DNA of 64,000 nt from an uncultured Spirochaetota bacterium (GCA_963835575.1 CAWIGG010000002.1:128001-192000), one strand, 5' to 3'. Counted from the first letter of the stretch, positions 29,529 through 38,612 are shown. The notes: generated from the letters alone by a model not told the origin. Translations and numbers: made by a program.

Positions 29529-31169
29529 TCATTCATTCGAAACGCTGTTGCCGTAGGTTGTAAAGGCGTCATGCCTGGGATCGTTTGGGGTGTTCAGCAC
29601 GCCGATTTCCGTCAGGCCGATATCGCCGTCAGCGAAGTCGTGGTAGAGATAATCCAGGGTATTTGTGAGGAATATATTATTGGCGATGGTCTGTCCGGAG
29701 ACGTCTTTCTTATATTCATATATTCCGTATCCTGTGCCCTGCCCGCCGATTGTGCTGTCGATGATCAGGTTGGGGAAATTGGTTTCCATGCAGATCACGC
29801 CTCCCGCCCCGCTGTTATAAAAGAGAAAAGCATTGGTGATGAGATTAAGCCTGGAAAATTCCTGCAGGTAAATGGCGCCTCCCCATTGCGCGGTATTGCT
29901 GACTATCCTGCCTGTTATGGTATTGCTGACGCAGGACCGGATGAGAATACCGCCGCCGATAGACGCGGCCGTGTTCCCGGTTATGTTCCCGCTGATAAGG
30001 CAGTTGGAACTAAATTCGATCTGGATGCCCCCTCCGTAATTGGCGGTATTGCCGGTTATATTCCCGCTGATAATATTGGAAATCATGAACTGACCGGAAA
30101 AAGCGAAATCGATCCCGCCTCCCACTGAAGAGGCCGAATTGAGAGTGATATTCCCTGTGACCGTGTTGAAGGAGCATCTTCCCTCAAACTCAACCCCTCC
30201 GCCGGCTAGTGCGGAATTGCTTGAAACAAGGGCGCTCATAATATTGAACGAGCTGTTCCAGAAATAGATCCCGCCGCCATATAGATCGCAGGAATTGGAC
30301 ATAATACAGCCGCCGACTGTATTGGAAACGCCTCCTATCGAGCCACCGCCGCCGTTCGCGCCTGAGGTGTTCCAGCAGATAAAGGCATTAATGTTATTGA
30401 ATGAGCCCGATACTGAAACTCCGCCTCCATTTTGTAAGCCTGCGTGATTACTGCAGATGACCCCTTCTATGGTATTGCTTGTCCCATATACTATAATTCC
30501 TGTACCAGGGTTTCCGGTTACGGTCAGATCGAATGTGTTTTCCCGGCCGCTGATATCCGCAATCCCGCCGCCGGAATTATTGCTGACGACGGTATTGGAC
30601 AGCGTACAGTGCGAGCAGTTTGTCATAACAATTCCCCCTCCGTAATTGTCGGGAGAGGCAGAGTTTGTCGCGCTGCCGTTCCTGATGACAAATCCGTCGA
30701 TGAGGATATGAGATGAATTAAGGATGAAGATGATGTGATAGAGTAGTTTATTTCCGTCAAGTTCGCTGTATCCGGAGCGGGATGTAAAATCCGCGTCCCA
30801 GCCGCCGAGGAGACGGATGTTATTCTTGTTGATGATGACGGCGCCTGTCCCCGTCTCCGGGATATTCAGGCCGTTTCCGTTCGTATAAACGCCTAGCGCT
30901 ACGTTAATTGAAGCCCCGTCCGAAGCCATGTCGAGAGCCTTCTGAAGGTTCAGGAAAGGCTCCGTCTTATTCGTGCCGCTGTTCGTGTCGCTGCCGTTCG
31001 AGGCGACATAAACAACGCTCAATGTGCCGGGATTGCTGGAAGAAACGCCCGTGGAACTTGTATTACCTCCGCCGTTCCCGCCGCCCGGCTGGAGCGTGCA
31101 GGAATAAGTTACAAAGAAAAATGCCGTTAAAATGAGTATTAGGATAATCAACTGTTTCTGATAATTCAT
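29529..31169 (-). CDS. Right-handed beta-helix repeat lipoprotein (first gene of the array)
   Basis: TYS-C-TLQPG; YVASNGSD; GGG repeats; conserved C-terminus ending GNSVSNE. Confidence 0.85.
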   Translation of the reverse strand: MNYQKQLIILILILTAFFFVTYSCTLQPGGGNGGGNTSSTGVSSSNPGTLSVVYVASNGSDTNSGTNKTEPFLNLQKALDMASDGASINVALGVYTNGNGLNIPETGTGAVIINKNNIRLLGGWDADFTSRSGYSELDGNKLLYHIIFILNSSHILIDGFVIRNGSATNSASPDNYGGGIVMTNCSHCTLSNTVVSNNSGGGIADISGRENTFDLTVTGNPGTGIIVYGTSNTIEGVICSNHAGLQNGGGVSVSGSFNNINAFICWNTSGANGGGGSIGGVSNTVGGCIMSNSCDLYGGGIYFWNSSFNIMSALVSSNSALAGGGVEFEGRCSFNTVTGNITLNSASSVGGGIDFAFSGQFMISNIISGNITGNTANYGGGIQIEFSSNCLISGNITGNTAASIGGGILIRSCVSNTITGRIVSNTAQWGGAIYLQEFSRLNLITNAFLFYNSGAGGVICMETNFPNLIIDSTIGGQGTGYGIYEYKKDVSGQTIANNIFLTNTLDYLYHDFADGDIGLTEIGVLNTPNDPRHDAFTTYGNSVSNE

Positions 31170-31250
31170 GATTTATTTCTCCTTAATATATCTAAGATAT
31201 TTGGGCAATGATAATAAATAAACACAGAAATGTTTCAAATCAGTTCGCTA

Positions 31251-31310
31251 TCTTATATATAATACGTTTAGACATATTCGATTTTGCTAAAATAGAAAAA
31301 TATTTTTTAA
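31251..31310 (-). promoter_or_regulatory. Shared array promoter motif, copy 3
   Basis: TCTTATATATAATACGTTTAGACATATTCGATTTTG...GAAAAATATTTTT. Confidence 0.65.
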
Positions 31311-31576
31311 TTCCGGATAATCCGCTCATGCGATGCCCAGAGCACTTCGGCTTCCTCAGTGTAAACAGTTGAATGGGTACATGACGGACATCAAGAAGAG
31401 CGGAAGTAATGAAAACCATGAATACCACTAATGAATACAAATAGCATTTGATTAACTTTAGAATAAAACAGAATGAAATGGAAAAGAATTACACTAATTG
31501 TTTTAATATAAATTCAGACACATTATTAGCGTGTCTTGGCGCGGTTTAGCGGAAGGTCAGTTGCCTGCCGGTTAAT

Positions 31577-32776
31577 TTATTTTTTGACTATGCCTTCATA
31601 AACCGCGAGCATCTTTTTGGCCATAATTTCCGACGTCCAGTTCTGGGCGTACTGATAGGCTTCCTCGGATTTGGCCTTGTACAGTTTTTCGTCCGTCAGG
31701 AGGAGCCTGACTTTGCCGGTGAATTCCTCAATATCTTCATTGACCATATATCCGCCGTTATCGCCGTTCATCACCTCGCGCGTCCCCATGACGCCGACTG
31801 CGACCACAGGCGTTCTGCAGAGCATCGCTTCGGTTGTGACAAGCCCCTGCGTTTCGGTTTTGGAAGCGAATGTAAAAATATCCGCGAGAGTGTAGATGGA
31901 TTTGAGCTTTTTCCGGTCGACATATCCCAGAAGGATGATGTTTTTACCGAGGTTTTCGCTTTCGATGATCTTTTCCAGCGCCTCCCTGTGAGGACCGTCG
32001 CCGGCCATAAGAAGGACGATATCCGGGAAATCGCTTTTCAGGCGGCGGACAACTTCAACCAGAAAGTCGACGTTCTTTTCCTGGGCGACCCTTCCGACAA
32101 AAAGAAGGGTTTTTTTGCCCTTGATATGCGGGTACTTTTCAAAAAGCCATGAAGAGGCTTTTTCCTTTTCCTTGGATAATCCGGCAAAATCGGCTTTATT
32201 AATTCCGGTCGGGATAATAAGGATCGGTCTTTTAATACCGTAATCTTCCAGCACGGTTTTCATATTTGAAGAAGGGGAAATGATAATATCGGCTTCATTA
32301 TATATATGCCTTGTATGCTGTCTGGCGTATCTCCGCGCCCATGTTTTCGGAAGGAAGGGGAGATAAAAATTGATATACTGCTCAAAATAAGTGTGGCATG
32401 TCATGACTATGGGCACTTTTCTCGACCTGCAGTATTTCCGGCTGATAACTCCTGTTGTAAATTCAGTTTGAATATGGACAATATCCGGTTTTATCCTGTC
32501 AAAACTCGCGTACATATGGTTCCGGACTGTCGGTAGAACAAGCCTGTCTTCCTTATCAAAGAAAAGGCCCATGGAAGTGAAGCGCATGACGCTGCCGGTT
32601 TTAAAGGAGATAACGCTTTCGCTTTTCTTATGATTTCCGTTTTCCGCCGGATATTCCGGGGCGAAAACGTACATATTTACGCCGAGCTTCTCCAGTTCAT
32701 TTTTAAAAGTGTCGATCGAAATTGTCACGCCGTTAATGCGTGGCCAATAAGTATCAGTTGTCATGACGATATTCAT
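31577..32776 (-). CDS. GT4 glycosyltransferase (1,2-diacylglycerol glucosyltransferase-like)
   Basis: TDTYWPRINGV, HIQTEF, TCHTY, FVGRVAQEKN, ETQGLVTTEAM; start MNIVM after GGAGG. Confidence 0.88.
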   Translation of the reverse strand: MNIVMTTDTYWPRINGVTISIDTFKNELEKLGVNMYVFAPEYPAENGNHKKSESVISFKTGSVMRFTSMGLFFDKEDRLVLPTVRNHMYASFDRIKPDIVHIQTEFTTGVISRKYCRSRKVPIVMTCHTYFEQYINFYLPFLPKTWARRYARQHTRHIYNEADIIISPSSNMKTVLEDYGIKRPILIIPTGINKADFAGLSKEKEKASSWLFEKYPHIKGKKTLLFVGRVAQEKNVDFLVEVVRRLKSDFPDIVLLMAGDGPHREALEKIIESENLGKNIILLGYVDRKKLKSIYTLADIFTFASKTETQGLVTTEAMLCRTPVVAVGVMGTREVMNGDNGGYMVNEDIEEFTGKVRLLLTDEKLYKAKSEEAYQYAQNWTSEIMAKKMLAVYEGIVKK

Positions 32777-32809
32777 AAAAACATCCTCCTTTAAAATACA
32801 GGTCACGAA

Positions 32810-33985
32810 TTATTTTTTTGTTTTCATGGCGGATTTATAAACGTTTATAATCCGATCCGCTTCTATGTTTGACACCGGCCATTTCCGGGAACACTCTAAG
32901 GCCTCTCTGGATTTCTTCGCGTAGAGTTTTTCATCCTGAAGTAAAAGTTTGACCTTTGCGGAGAATTCATCGGCGTTATCATTTACCAGAAAGCCGCCTT
33001 TTCCCCCTTTCATAATCTCGCTTGTGCCCATCCTGTCTATGGCGACAACAGGCGTTCCGCAAAGCATCGCTTCGGTTGTGACCAGTCCCTGGGTTTCCGT
33101 CATAGAGGGAAAAGTAAATACATCCGCCAGGGCGTAAACATGCTTGATTAGTTTCCTGTCAATATATCCCAGGAGGACCACATTCTGATTGAGACCTTCC
33201 TTTTTAATCTTTTTCCGGAGCCCGTTCATATAAGGTCCATCGCCGGCGTAGAGCAGAATAATGTCGGGGAAGTCTTTTTTCAGCCTTTTGACTACTTCCA
33301 GAAGAAAAGAAACATTCTTTTCCTGGCCGATCCTTCCCACAAAGAGCAGGAGCTTTTTACCTTTGATTTTCGGATACTCTTTATATAAAAATGAAGAGCT
33401 TTTCTCCTTTTCTTTTGAGACCCCTTTGAAATCCTCAGGCGCTATTCCGGTCGGTATGATTTCCATCGGTTTTTTAACGCCGTAACCGACAAGGACATCG
33501 CGCATCAGGCTTGTCGGGCAGATAATCCTGTCCACGGAATTGTAAACACGCATGGTTATTTTTCTCGCCAGAGCTCGCGCCCATTTTTTCGGAAGGAAAG
33601 GAAGATAATAATTGATGTACTGTTCAAAATAGGTATGGCAGGTCATGACGAGCGGGATTTTACGCATTCTGCAGTAATCCCTTGCCAGAAGGTATGTTGT
33701 GAATTCCGTTTGTATGTGAATGACATCCGGCTTGATTTCATCCAGCCTGCGGAACATTTCGGTTTTTGCCCAGGGGAGAGTCAGTCTGTCCTCAGGTGAA
33801 AAAAAGAGGCCCATGGCTTTTAGCCGGAAAATCCGCTTATCCGTTTCTTTATTTTTATTATACCTGGGCGCGAAAACATAAGCCTCGTTGCCCTTTTTCC
33901 AGAATTCTCTCTGAAAGGTATCGACGGAAACAGTAACGCCGTTAATTCTCGGCCAATATGTATCTGTCGTGATGGCGATCTTCAT
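32810..33985 (-). CDS. GT4 glycosyltransferase (tandem paralog)
   Basis: TDTYWPRINGV, FVGRIGQEKN, ETQGLVTTEAM; start MKIAI after GGAGG. Confidence 0.88.
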   Translation of the reverse strand: MKIAITTDTYWPRINGVTVSVDTFQREFWKKGNEAYVFAPRYNKNKETDKRIFRLKAMGLFFSPEDRLTLPWAKTEMFRRLDEIKPDVIHIQTEFTTYLLARDYCRMRKIPLVMTCHTYFEQYINYYLPFLPKKWARALARKITMRVYNSVDRIICPTSLMRDVLVGYGVKKPMEIIPTGIAPEDFKGVSKEKEKSSSFLYKEYPKIKGKKLLLFVGRIGQEKNVSFLLEVVKRLKKDFPDIILLYAGDGPYMNGLRKKIKKEGLNQNVVLLGYIDRKLIKHVYALADVFTFPSMTETQGLVTTEAMLCGTPVVAIDRMGTSEIMKGGKGGFLVNDNADEFSAKVKLLLQDEKLYAKKSREALECSRKWPVSNIEADRIINVYKSAMKTKK

Positions 33986-34109
33986 AAATATGTCCTCCGT
34001 GATCATGACGCATTATTGTTGGGAAATTATTATAGCATGGAGCGGAATTTAATTCTAATATGGGAGTGGATTTCCTGTTAAAAGTTCCGGCTTGTGAATG
34101 GCATAGATT

Positions 34110-34772
34110 TTATTCTTTCATACCTGATATAACCAATCCGAAAGGATTTTCACTGATATTGAATTTCTGCAGGCGGCTGTTGTTCAATATTTCTATTATT
34201 TCATTTTTCAGGTATGAAGACTGCAGGGATGAAATGAGCCCTCTTTTCATTACTTTCTGCTTTACCATCATTTTCATGATAAAAACCATGAATGGATTGC
34301 AATTCCGCTTCAGATCGCTGATAAAATACCGTCCGCCTTTCTTTAAAACCCTTTCTATCTCCTTAAAGACTTCAATCGGTTTTGACCATTCATGCATTGA
34401 ACCGTTTGTAAAAACGGCATCAAAAAAGCAGTCCTCAAACGGGAAATTTTTTGTCGCGTCCGACAGCGTTTGATGGACCCTGTTTTCCATACCGTATTCT
34501 TTTGCGTTCTTTCCGGCAATCTTCTGCATGTCTTTGCTGATTTCAAGCCAATAAAGGGTTGTGCCGCCGGTTTTTTTCAGCCATTCCAATCCCAGATAGC
34601 CGGGACCCGGGCCGATTTCAAGGGAAATCCCATCATTAATTCCCGATTGTATGACATTATCTGTTACGATCAATCCCCGGTCCCTCATCCCGCGCTGCAT
34701 CTGATCATAATCGGCAACATTCAGTTCTCCGGTTATTCCTTCGCCAGTCTCCGGAATTCTTTTTTTAGCCAT
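34110..34772 (-). CDS. Class I SAM-dependent methyltransferase
   Basis: LEIGPGPG motif I, FPFEDCFFDAV, RVLKKGGR. Confidence 0.88.
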   Translation of the reverse strand: MAKKRIPETGEGITGELNVADYDQMQRGMRDRGLIVTDNVIQSGINDGISLEIGPGPGYLGLEWLKKTGGTTLYWLEISKDMQKIAGKNAKEYGMENRVHQTLSDATKNFPFEDCFFDAVFTNGSMHEWSKPIEVFKEIERVLKKGGRYFISDLKRNCNPFMVFIMKMMVKQKVMKRGLISSLQSSYLKNEIIEILNNSRLQKFNISENPFGLVISGMKE

Positions 34773-34804
34773 ATATGCCTCCTATAATATTAAAACTCAT
34801 ATAT

Positions 34805-36570
34805 GGCCCTGCTGAAAAAATTCAAACACAAGCATAGGGGATATTCCGGCAAATTTTCAACCGCACAAGGAAAAAGATTAAGAAATCAAAGGCCATGTCG
34901 GCGGCAGCCTTCGATTTATCAGCCAAATAGCCCCGATATCTCTTGAAATTAATCCCGATTCCCCTTAAAAGCATGCGGGTTTTGACTTTTACCAGACCAC
35001 GGAACAAAATCCTGCCGCTCAAATACTTTGGTTTCAATAAACTCATCAATCCTTCTACGGCAGGGCGTAGTCCCATCAGAAATTTTCCTGCATCCATACA
35101 TATCAATTCCAAAAATTCATCCATCCATTCCCTTTTGGCGTCTATTACCAGCCGACTTTGCTTCTTGCCGACACAGGCCAGACAATTTTCTTTCTTATCG
35201 CAGGCGGCACATTTTTTTACATCAAAATTCAATACCACGGAACCATCTTCATTTTCAATAATGCTATTCGGGATTTCTCCCGCCGGACACATCCCATATT
35301 TGCCGGTTTTTGGGTCTGTATACTCAGAAAGTTTCGCTTTGTTTTTTATCCCTTCCAGATCGACGCCGCGTATCGCGCTCATTACCAGTTGAACGTCTTC
35401 GCCGCTCTCATTCCGAAGGTCTTCAGAATTATAACCGCCATCGCTTATCGCTGTTTCAATATTCGTTTCCTTTTTTAAATTAGATAGTTGCCTGCGGAAT
35501 AAATCCCCATCGTCAGCATTATTCGATGCGGTTTCTATGCTGGTAATCACCTGCATCGGATTTTGAGGGTCACAGGTTTCAACCGCGTTCACCTTATACC
35601 CGACATACTGTTTTCCCCGCTTCTCCCGGTAGGTCGCGTCTTCGTCCACCGGCGACTGCATCGATGAGGCTTTGATTTCCCGCGGCAGCTTCAGCGTCAC
35701 CTTGCCTTCTTTTTCTATCCGGCATTGTTCCCGCAAAAGTCTCATTGCCTGCCGGAAACTCTTTTGTTTCCTGACTTTATTGTGAAACACGTTCTCTGTA
35801 ATCAGCCCGAATATTTCCTCGCCAATTTCCACCGTTTTCGATTCGTAATTCTCCTTTTTCAGTCGATAACTGAATCCGTCCTCATTTTGTTTTAGAAAAT
35901 CCTTACATCTTTCACTTAAGGAAAATCCAGCATTGGAAACATCTTCCGCCATATTGGACAACACTTTATGAAACAGCATAACCCGATTCAGCCGCTTGAT
36001 ATTGGCCCCAATCATTACAGAATCTGTCCTCTGCAGTCCGGTTTTGATCCCGACCTCTCCAATTAAAAGATCCCGAAACTCATCAAATATAACGTCAAAA
36101 AGCCCGTCCTGATTCTCCGCCACAGCGGCACGAAAATAGTATAACGTCCTGATCGACATCTGCTGCGCGTTGATGTCTTCCAATCCCAGCGCGTATCGAA
36201 ACGATAAATCATATCGATACCGCTCAAACAACTGTTCATCGGTCAGAGAGAATAGCTCTTTCATGATTTCCAGCCCGGCTAATATGTTGACCGGGAAATT
36301 ACTCCTACCAAGTTTTGGGTCATATAGTGGAGCAAACTTCCGCTCATTTATTTTTGAGAAAACTTTCTGGTAAAAAAGCCCGGCCCAGCTTTCATTTAAA
36401 CTTTCTCTCATTTCCTGGTTCATTTCATATCTTACCGGATATAAATCCTGTTCTATATGTCTCTGATTCAGCTTGAACATTTTGACCTCTCTCTGATTCA
36501 TGTGCATATATTATAACGAGTTATGCAACTTTTGTACATGAATCGGTAGGATTGTTTTTGCAGTAGGGCC
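34805..36570 (-). mobile_element. Complete insertion sequence, IS1182/IS5-like (1766 bp)
   Basis: TIRs GGCCCTGCTGAAAAAA / GGCCCTACTGCAAAAA (14/16); ATATAT direct repeat at 34799-34804 and 36571-36576; one transposase ORF. Confidence 0.85.
34822..36507 (-). CDS. DDE transposase (IS1182/IS5-like)
   Basis: DUF772-like N-terminus (GR..FP, FRYALGL, RTLYYFR), RTDSVMI, DEDATYR, GYK, SDGGY, Cys cluster, RPAVEG. Confidence 0.88.
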   Translation of the reverse strand: MHMNQREVKMFKLNQRHIEQDLYPVRYEMNQEMRESLNESWAGLFYQKVFSKINERKFAPLYDPKLGRSNFPVNILAGLEIMKELFSLTDEQLFERYRYDLSFRYALGLEDINAQQMSIRTLYYFRAAVAENQDGLFDVIFDEFRDLLIGEVGIKTGLQRTDSVMIGANIKRLNRVMLFHKVLSNMAEDVSNAGFSLSERCKDFLKQNEDGFSYRLKKENYESKTVEIGEEIFGLITENVFHNKVRKQKSFRQAMRLLREQCRIEKEGKVTLKLPREIKASSMQSPVDEDATYREKRGKQYVGYKVNAVETCDPQNPMQVITSIETASNNADDGDLFRRQLSNLKKETNIETAISDGGYNSEDLRNESGEDVQLVMSAIRGVDLEGIKNKAKLSEYTDPKTGKYGMCPAGEIPNSIIENEDGSVVLNFDVKKCAACDKKENCLACVGKKQSRLVIDAKREWMDEFLELICMDAGKFLMGLRPAVEGLMSLLKPKYLSGRILFRGLVKVKTRMLLRGIGINFKRYRGYLADKSKAAADMAFDFLIFFLVRLKICRNIPYACV

Positions 36571-36573
36571 ATA

Positions 36574-36589
36574 TATACAATATTGAATA
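36574..36589. promoter_or_regulatory. Second putative PadR-type operator
   Basis: TATACAATATTGAATA resembles the palindrome upstream of padR. Confidence 0.5.
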
Positions 36590-36606
36590 TAAAGCCAAAA
36601 AAAATA

Positions 36607-37143
36607 TCAGGGTAAATTTCTGCCGGTAAATTCTTTCAGAATACTGTTCAGCCATTCCAGTTCCGCTTTGAGATGATATTCAGTATGGGAAAAGATCGCT
36701 TGAGCCGTTTTAGGAACTCCCGGCAGTGAAAGCTGCTGTTCCTTATGTGCACTCAAATATTTAAGAGATTCTTTCAATATCAATATGCGTTTTTGAATAT
36801 ACCCTATAATTTCTTCGTCAGGAAGTTCGCCTGGAAAAGCGAGAGCGACATCCAGGGGATAATATTCCCGTTCGATTTTCTGCCAGCATTCTTTCAATGA
36901 ACTGATAAACTCCTGTCTTCCTTTTTCAGTAATCTGGTAAATACTTCTGGACGGCCTGTTTCCGACTCTCTCCTCGATCTTTATTTCCACCAGGCCTTCC
37001 TCCTTCAATTTACCCAACGCAAAATAAATTGAGCCGAAAGCGATTGAAGTCCAATCCCCCATATGTTCCTCAATAATTTGTTTTAATTCATAGCCATGAA
37101 GGGGCTTTTCCCTTAATAATCCGAGGATAACCATTCGTGTCAT
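36607..37143 (-). CDS. PadR-family transcriptional regulator
   Basis: ILGLL...HGYEL, GSIYFAL.KL..EGLV, YQITEKGR. Confidence 0.9.
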   Translation of the reverse strand: MTRMVILGLLREKPLHGYELKQIIEEHMGDWTSIAFGSIYFALGKLKEEGLVEIKIEERVGNRPSRSIYQITEKGRQEFISSLKECWQKIEREYYPLDVALAFPGELPDEEIIGYIQKRILILKESLKYLSAHKEQQLSLPGVPKTAQAIFSHTEYHLKAELEWLNSILKEFTGRNLP

Positions 37144-37159
37144 AATATACAACCTTTAT

Positions 37160-37203
37160 TATACAAGCTTGTATATATTAATACAAAAAAATGATCTTGT
37201 CAA
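37160..37203 (-). promoter_or_regulatory. padR promoter and autoregulatory palindrome
   Basis: Minus strand TTGACA-N17-TAATAT directly followed by the perfect 16-bp palindrome TATACAAGCTTGTATA (37160-37175). Confidence 0.65.
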
Positions 37204-37352
37204 TAGTTAAGCTTTTTTTATAATATTTTAAATTGGTTCCCATTGAATATATTCCTTTCTGATACTGCCTTTAATAAAGAAAAATTAAGATAATATTGAT
37301 TCTTCGATTAATTTTCTTTATAATTTTCATCCATTATACAGGAAGGTATAAA

Positions 37353-38612
37353 ATGACGATAGAACCCGAGCTTGTCTCGCCGGCCGGAAGTTTCGAGAAA
37401 ATGCTTTTCGCTTTTGAATACGGCGCTGACGCCGTATACCTCGGCGCGAAATCGTTTTCGCTCCGCGAGGGCGCGGCCAATCTGACAATAGAAGAGCTGG
37501 AAAAAGCGGTGCTGAAGGCACATCAATCGGATAAAAAGGTTTACCTGACAGCCAATATATTTTATCATGACAGGCATTTTGAGGCCTTTAAAATATTTCT
37601 GGAGGAAATCAAACATATTCCCCTGGACGCACTGATTGTTTCAGACATCGGGGCTGTTTCATATATCAAGGAGAAATATCCGGATTACTCAATCCACATC
37701 AGTACGCAGGCCAATACGACAAACAGCTTTTCCGCCCGTTTTTATGAGAAGCTCGGGGTTAAGAGGATTATCCTCGCGCGGGAGCTCAGCTTTGAGGAAA
37801 TAAAAAAAATACGTGATACAGTCACAGTTAAACTCGAGGCCTTTGTTCACGGGGCCATGTGCATTTCCTATTCGGGCAGATGCCTTCTTTCAAACTACTT
37901 TACAAATCAGTCAATCTACAGGAATGGAGAGAAGCTGGGAGGTATGAGGCGCCCGAAGACGCGCGACGCCAATCTCGGCGACTGCGCTCAGAACTGCCGC
38001 TGGACATATTATCTTGTCGAGTCAACTCGGAAGAATGACTTTATCCCGGTTGAAGAGGAAGAATACGGAACTGCTGTTCTCAGCTCGAAGGACCTTAATT
38101 TATCCGGGCATATGAAGGAATTGATGGATGCCGGTATTGATGCCTTTAAAATAGAAGGAAGAATGAAGAGCGTTTATTATACGGCCAATGTCACACGCGT
38201 TTACCGTTATGCCGTCGATGCCGCATTGCGGAATGAAAAAACGGGCCCGGAAATTCTGAAAGAGCTGGAAAAAGTCAGCCACCGTGAATACACTACAGGG
38301 TTTTACTTCGGGGAAAACATGGCGCTCAATTCGACTGCCGGGACCGGCTATATCCGAGAATATACTTTTTTGGGACATGTTCTGAATAAAGCCGGTGAAA
38401 AAAAAGCCCTAGTCCGCGCCATGAATCAAATCAAGCATGGCGCTCCTGTCGAAATAATACGCCCGGACTGCAAAAACCTGATATTGAAACATTTCAGGCT
38501 CATGAAAGATGATAAGGCGGTTGACAAAGTCCAGCCCAATGATGAATTCATTCTGGAATGGGATGATGGTATTGAACTTAATAAATATGATATTTTGAGA
38601 AGGAAAAATTAA
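37353..38612 (+). CDS. U32-family protein (TrhP/YegQ-like Fe-S tRNA hydroxylation)
   Basis: PELVSPAG, GADAVYLG, HISTQAN, HGAMCISYSGRC...C..NCR, KIEGRMKS. Confidence 0.88.
   Translation: MTIEPELVSPAGSFEKMLFAFEYGADAVYLGAKSFSLREGAANLTIEELEKAVLKAHQSDKKVYLTANIFYHDRHFEAFKIFLEEIKHIPLDALIVSDIGAVSYIKEKYPDYSIHISTQANTTNSFSARFYEKLGVKRIILARELSFEEIKKIRDTVTVKLEAFVHGAMCISYSGRCLLSNYFTNQSIYRNGEKLGGMRRPKTRDANLGDCAQNCRWTYYLVESTRKNDFIPVEEEEYGTAVLSSKDLNLSGHMKELMDAGIDAFKIEGRMKSVYYTANVTRVYRYAVDAALRNEKTGPEILKELEKVSHREYTTGFYFGENMALNSTAGTGYIREYTFLGHVLNKAGEKKALVRAMNQIKHGAPVEIIRPDCKNLILKHFRLMKDDKAVDKVQPNDEFILEWDDGIELNKYDILRRKN

Noticed and set aside
16246..31169. Chlamydial Pmp-type autotransporters
   Set aside because: The GGG(I/L) turns are similar, but there is no C-terminal beta-barrel and the proteins have lipoboxes
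16246..31169. Diversity-generating retroelement targets
   Set aside because: No reverse transcriptase in the window; differences among the C-terminal repeats are not adenine-specific and all copies are inside intact genes
34805..36570. This IS as the mobiliser of the 99-bp MITE
   Set aside because: TIRs (GGCCCT.CTG versus CAGACTGTG) and duplication lengths differ
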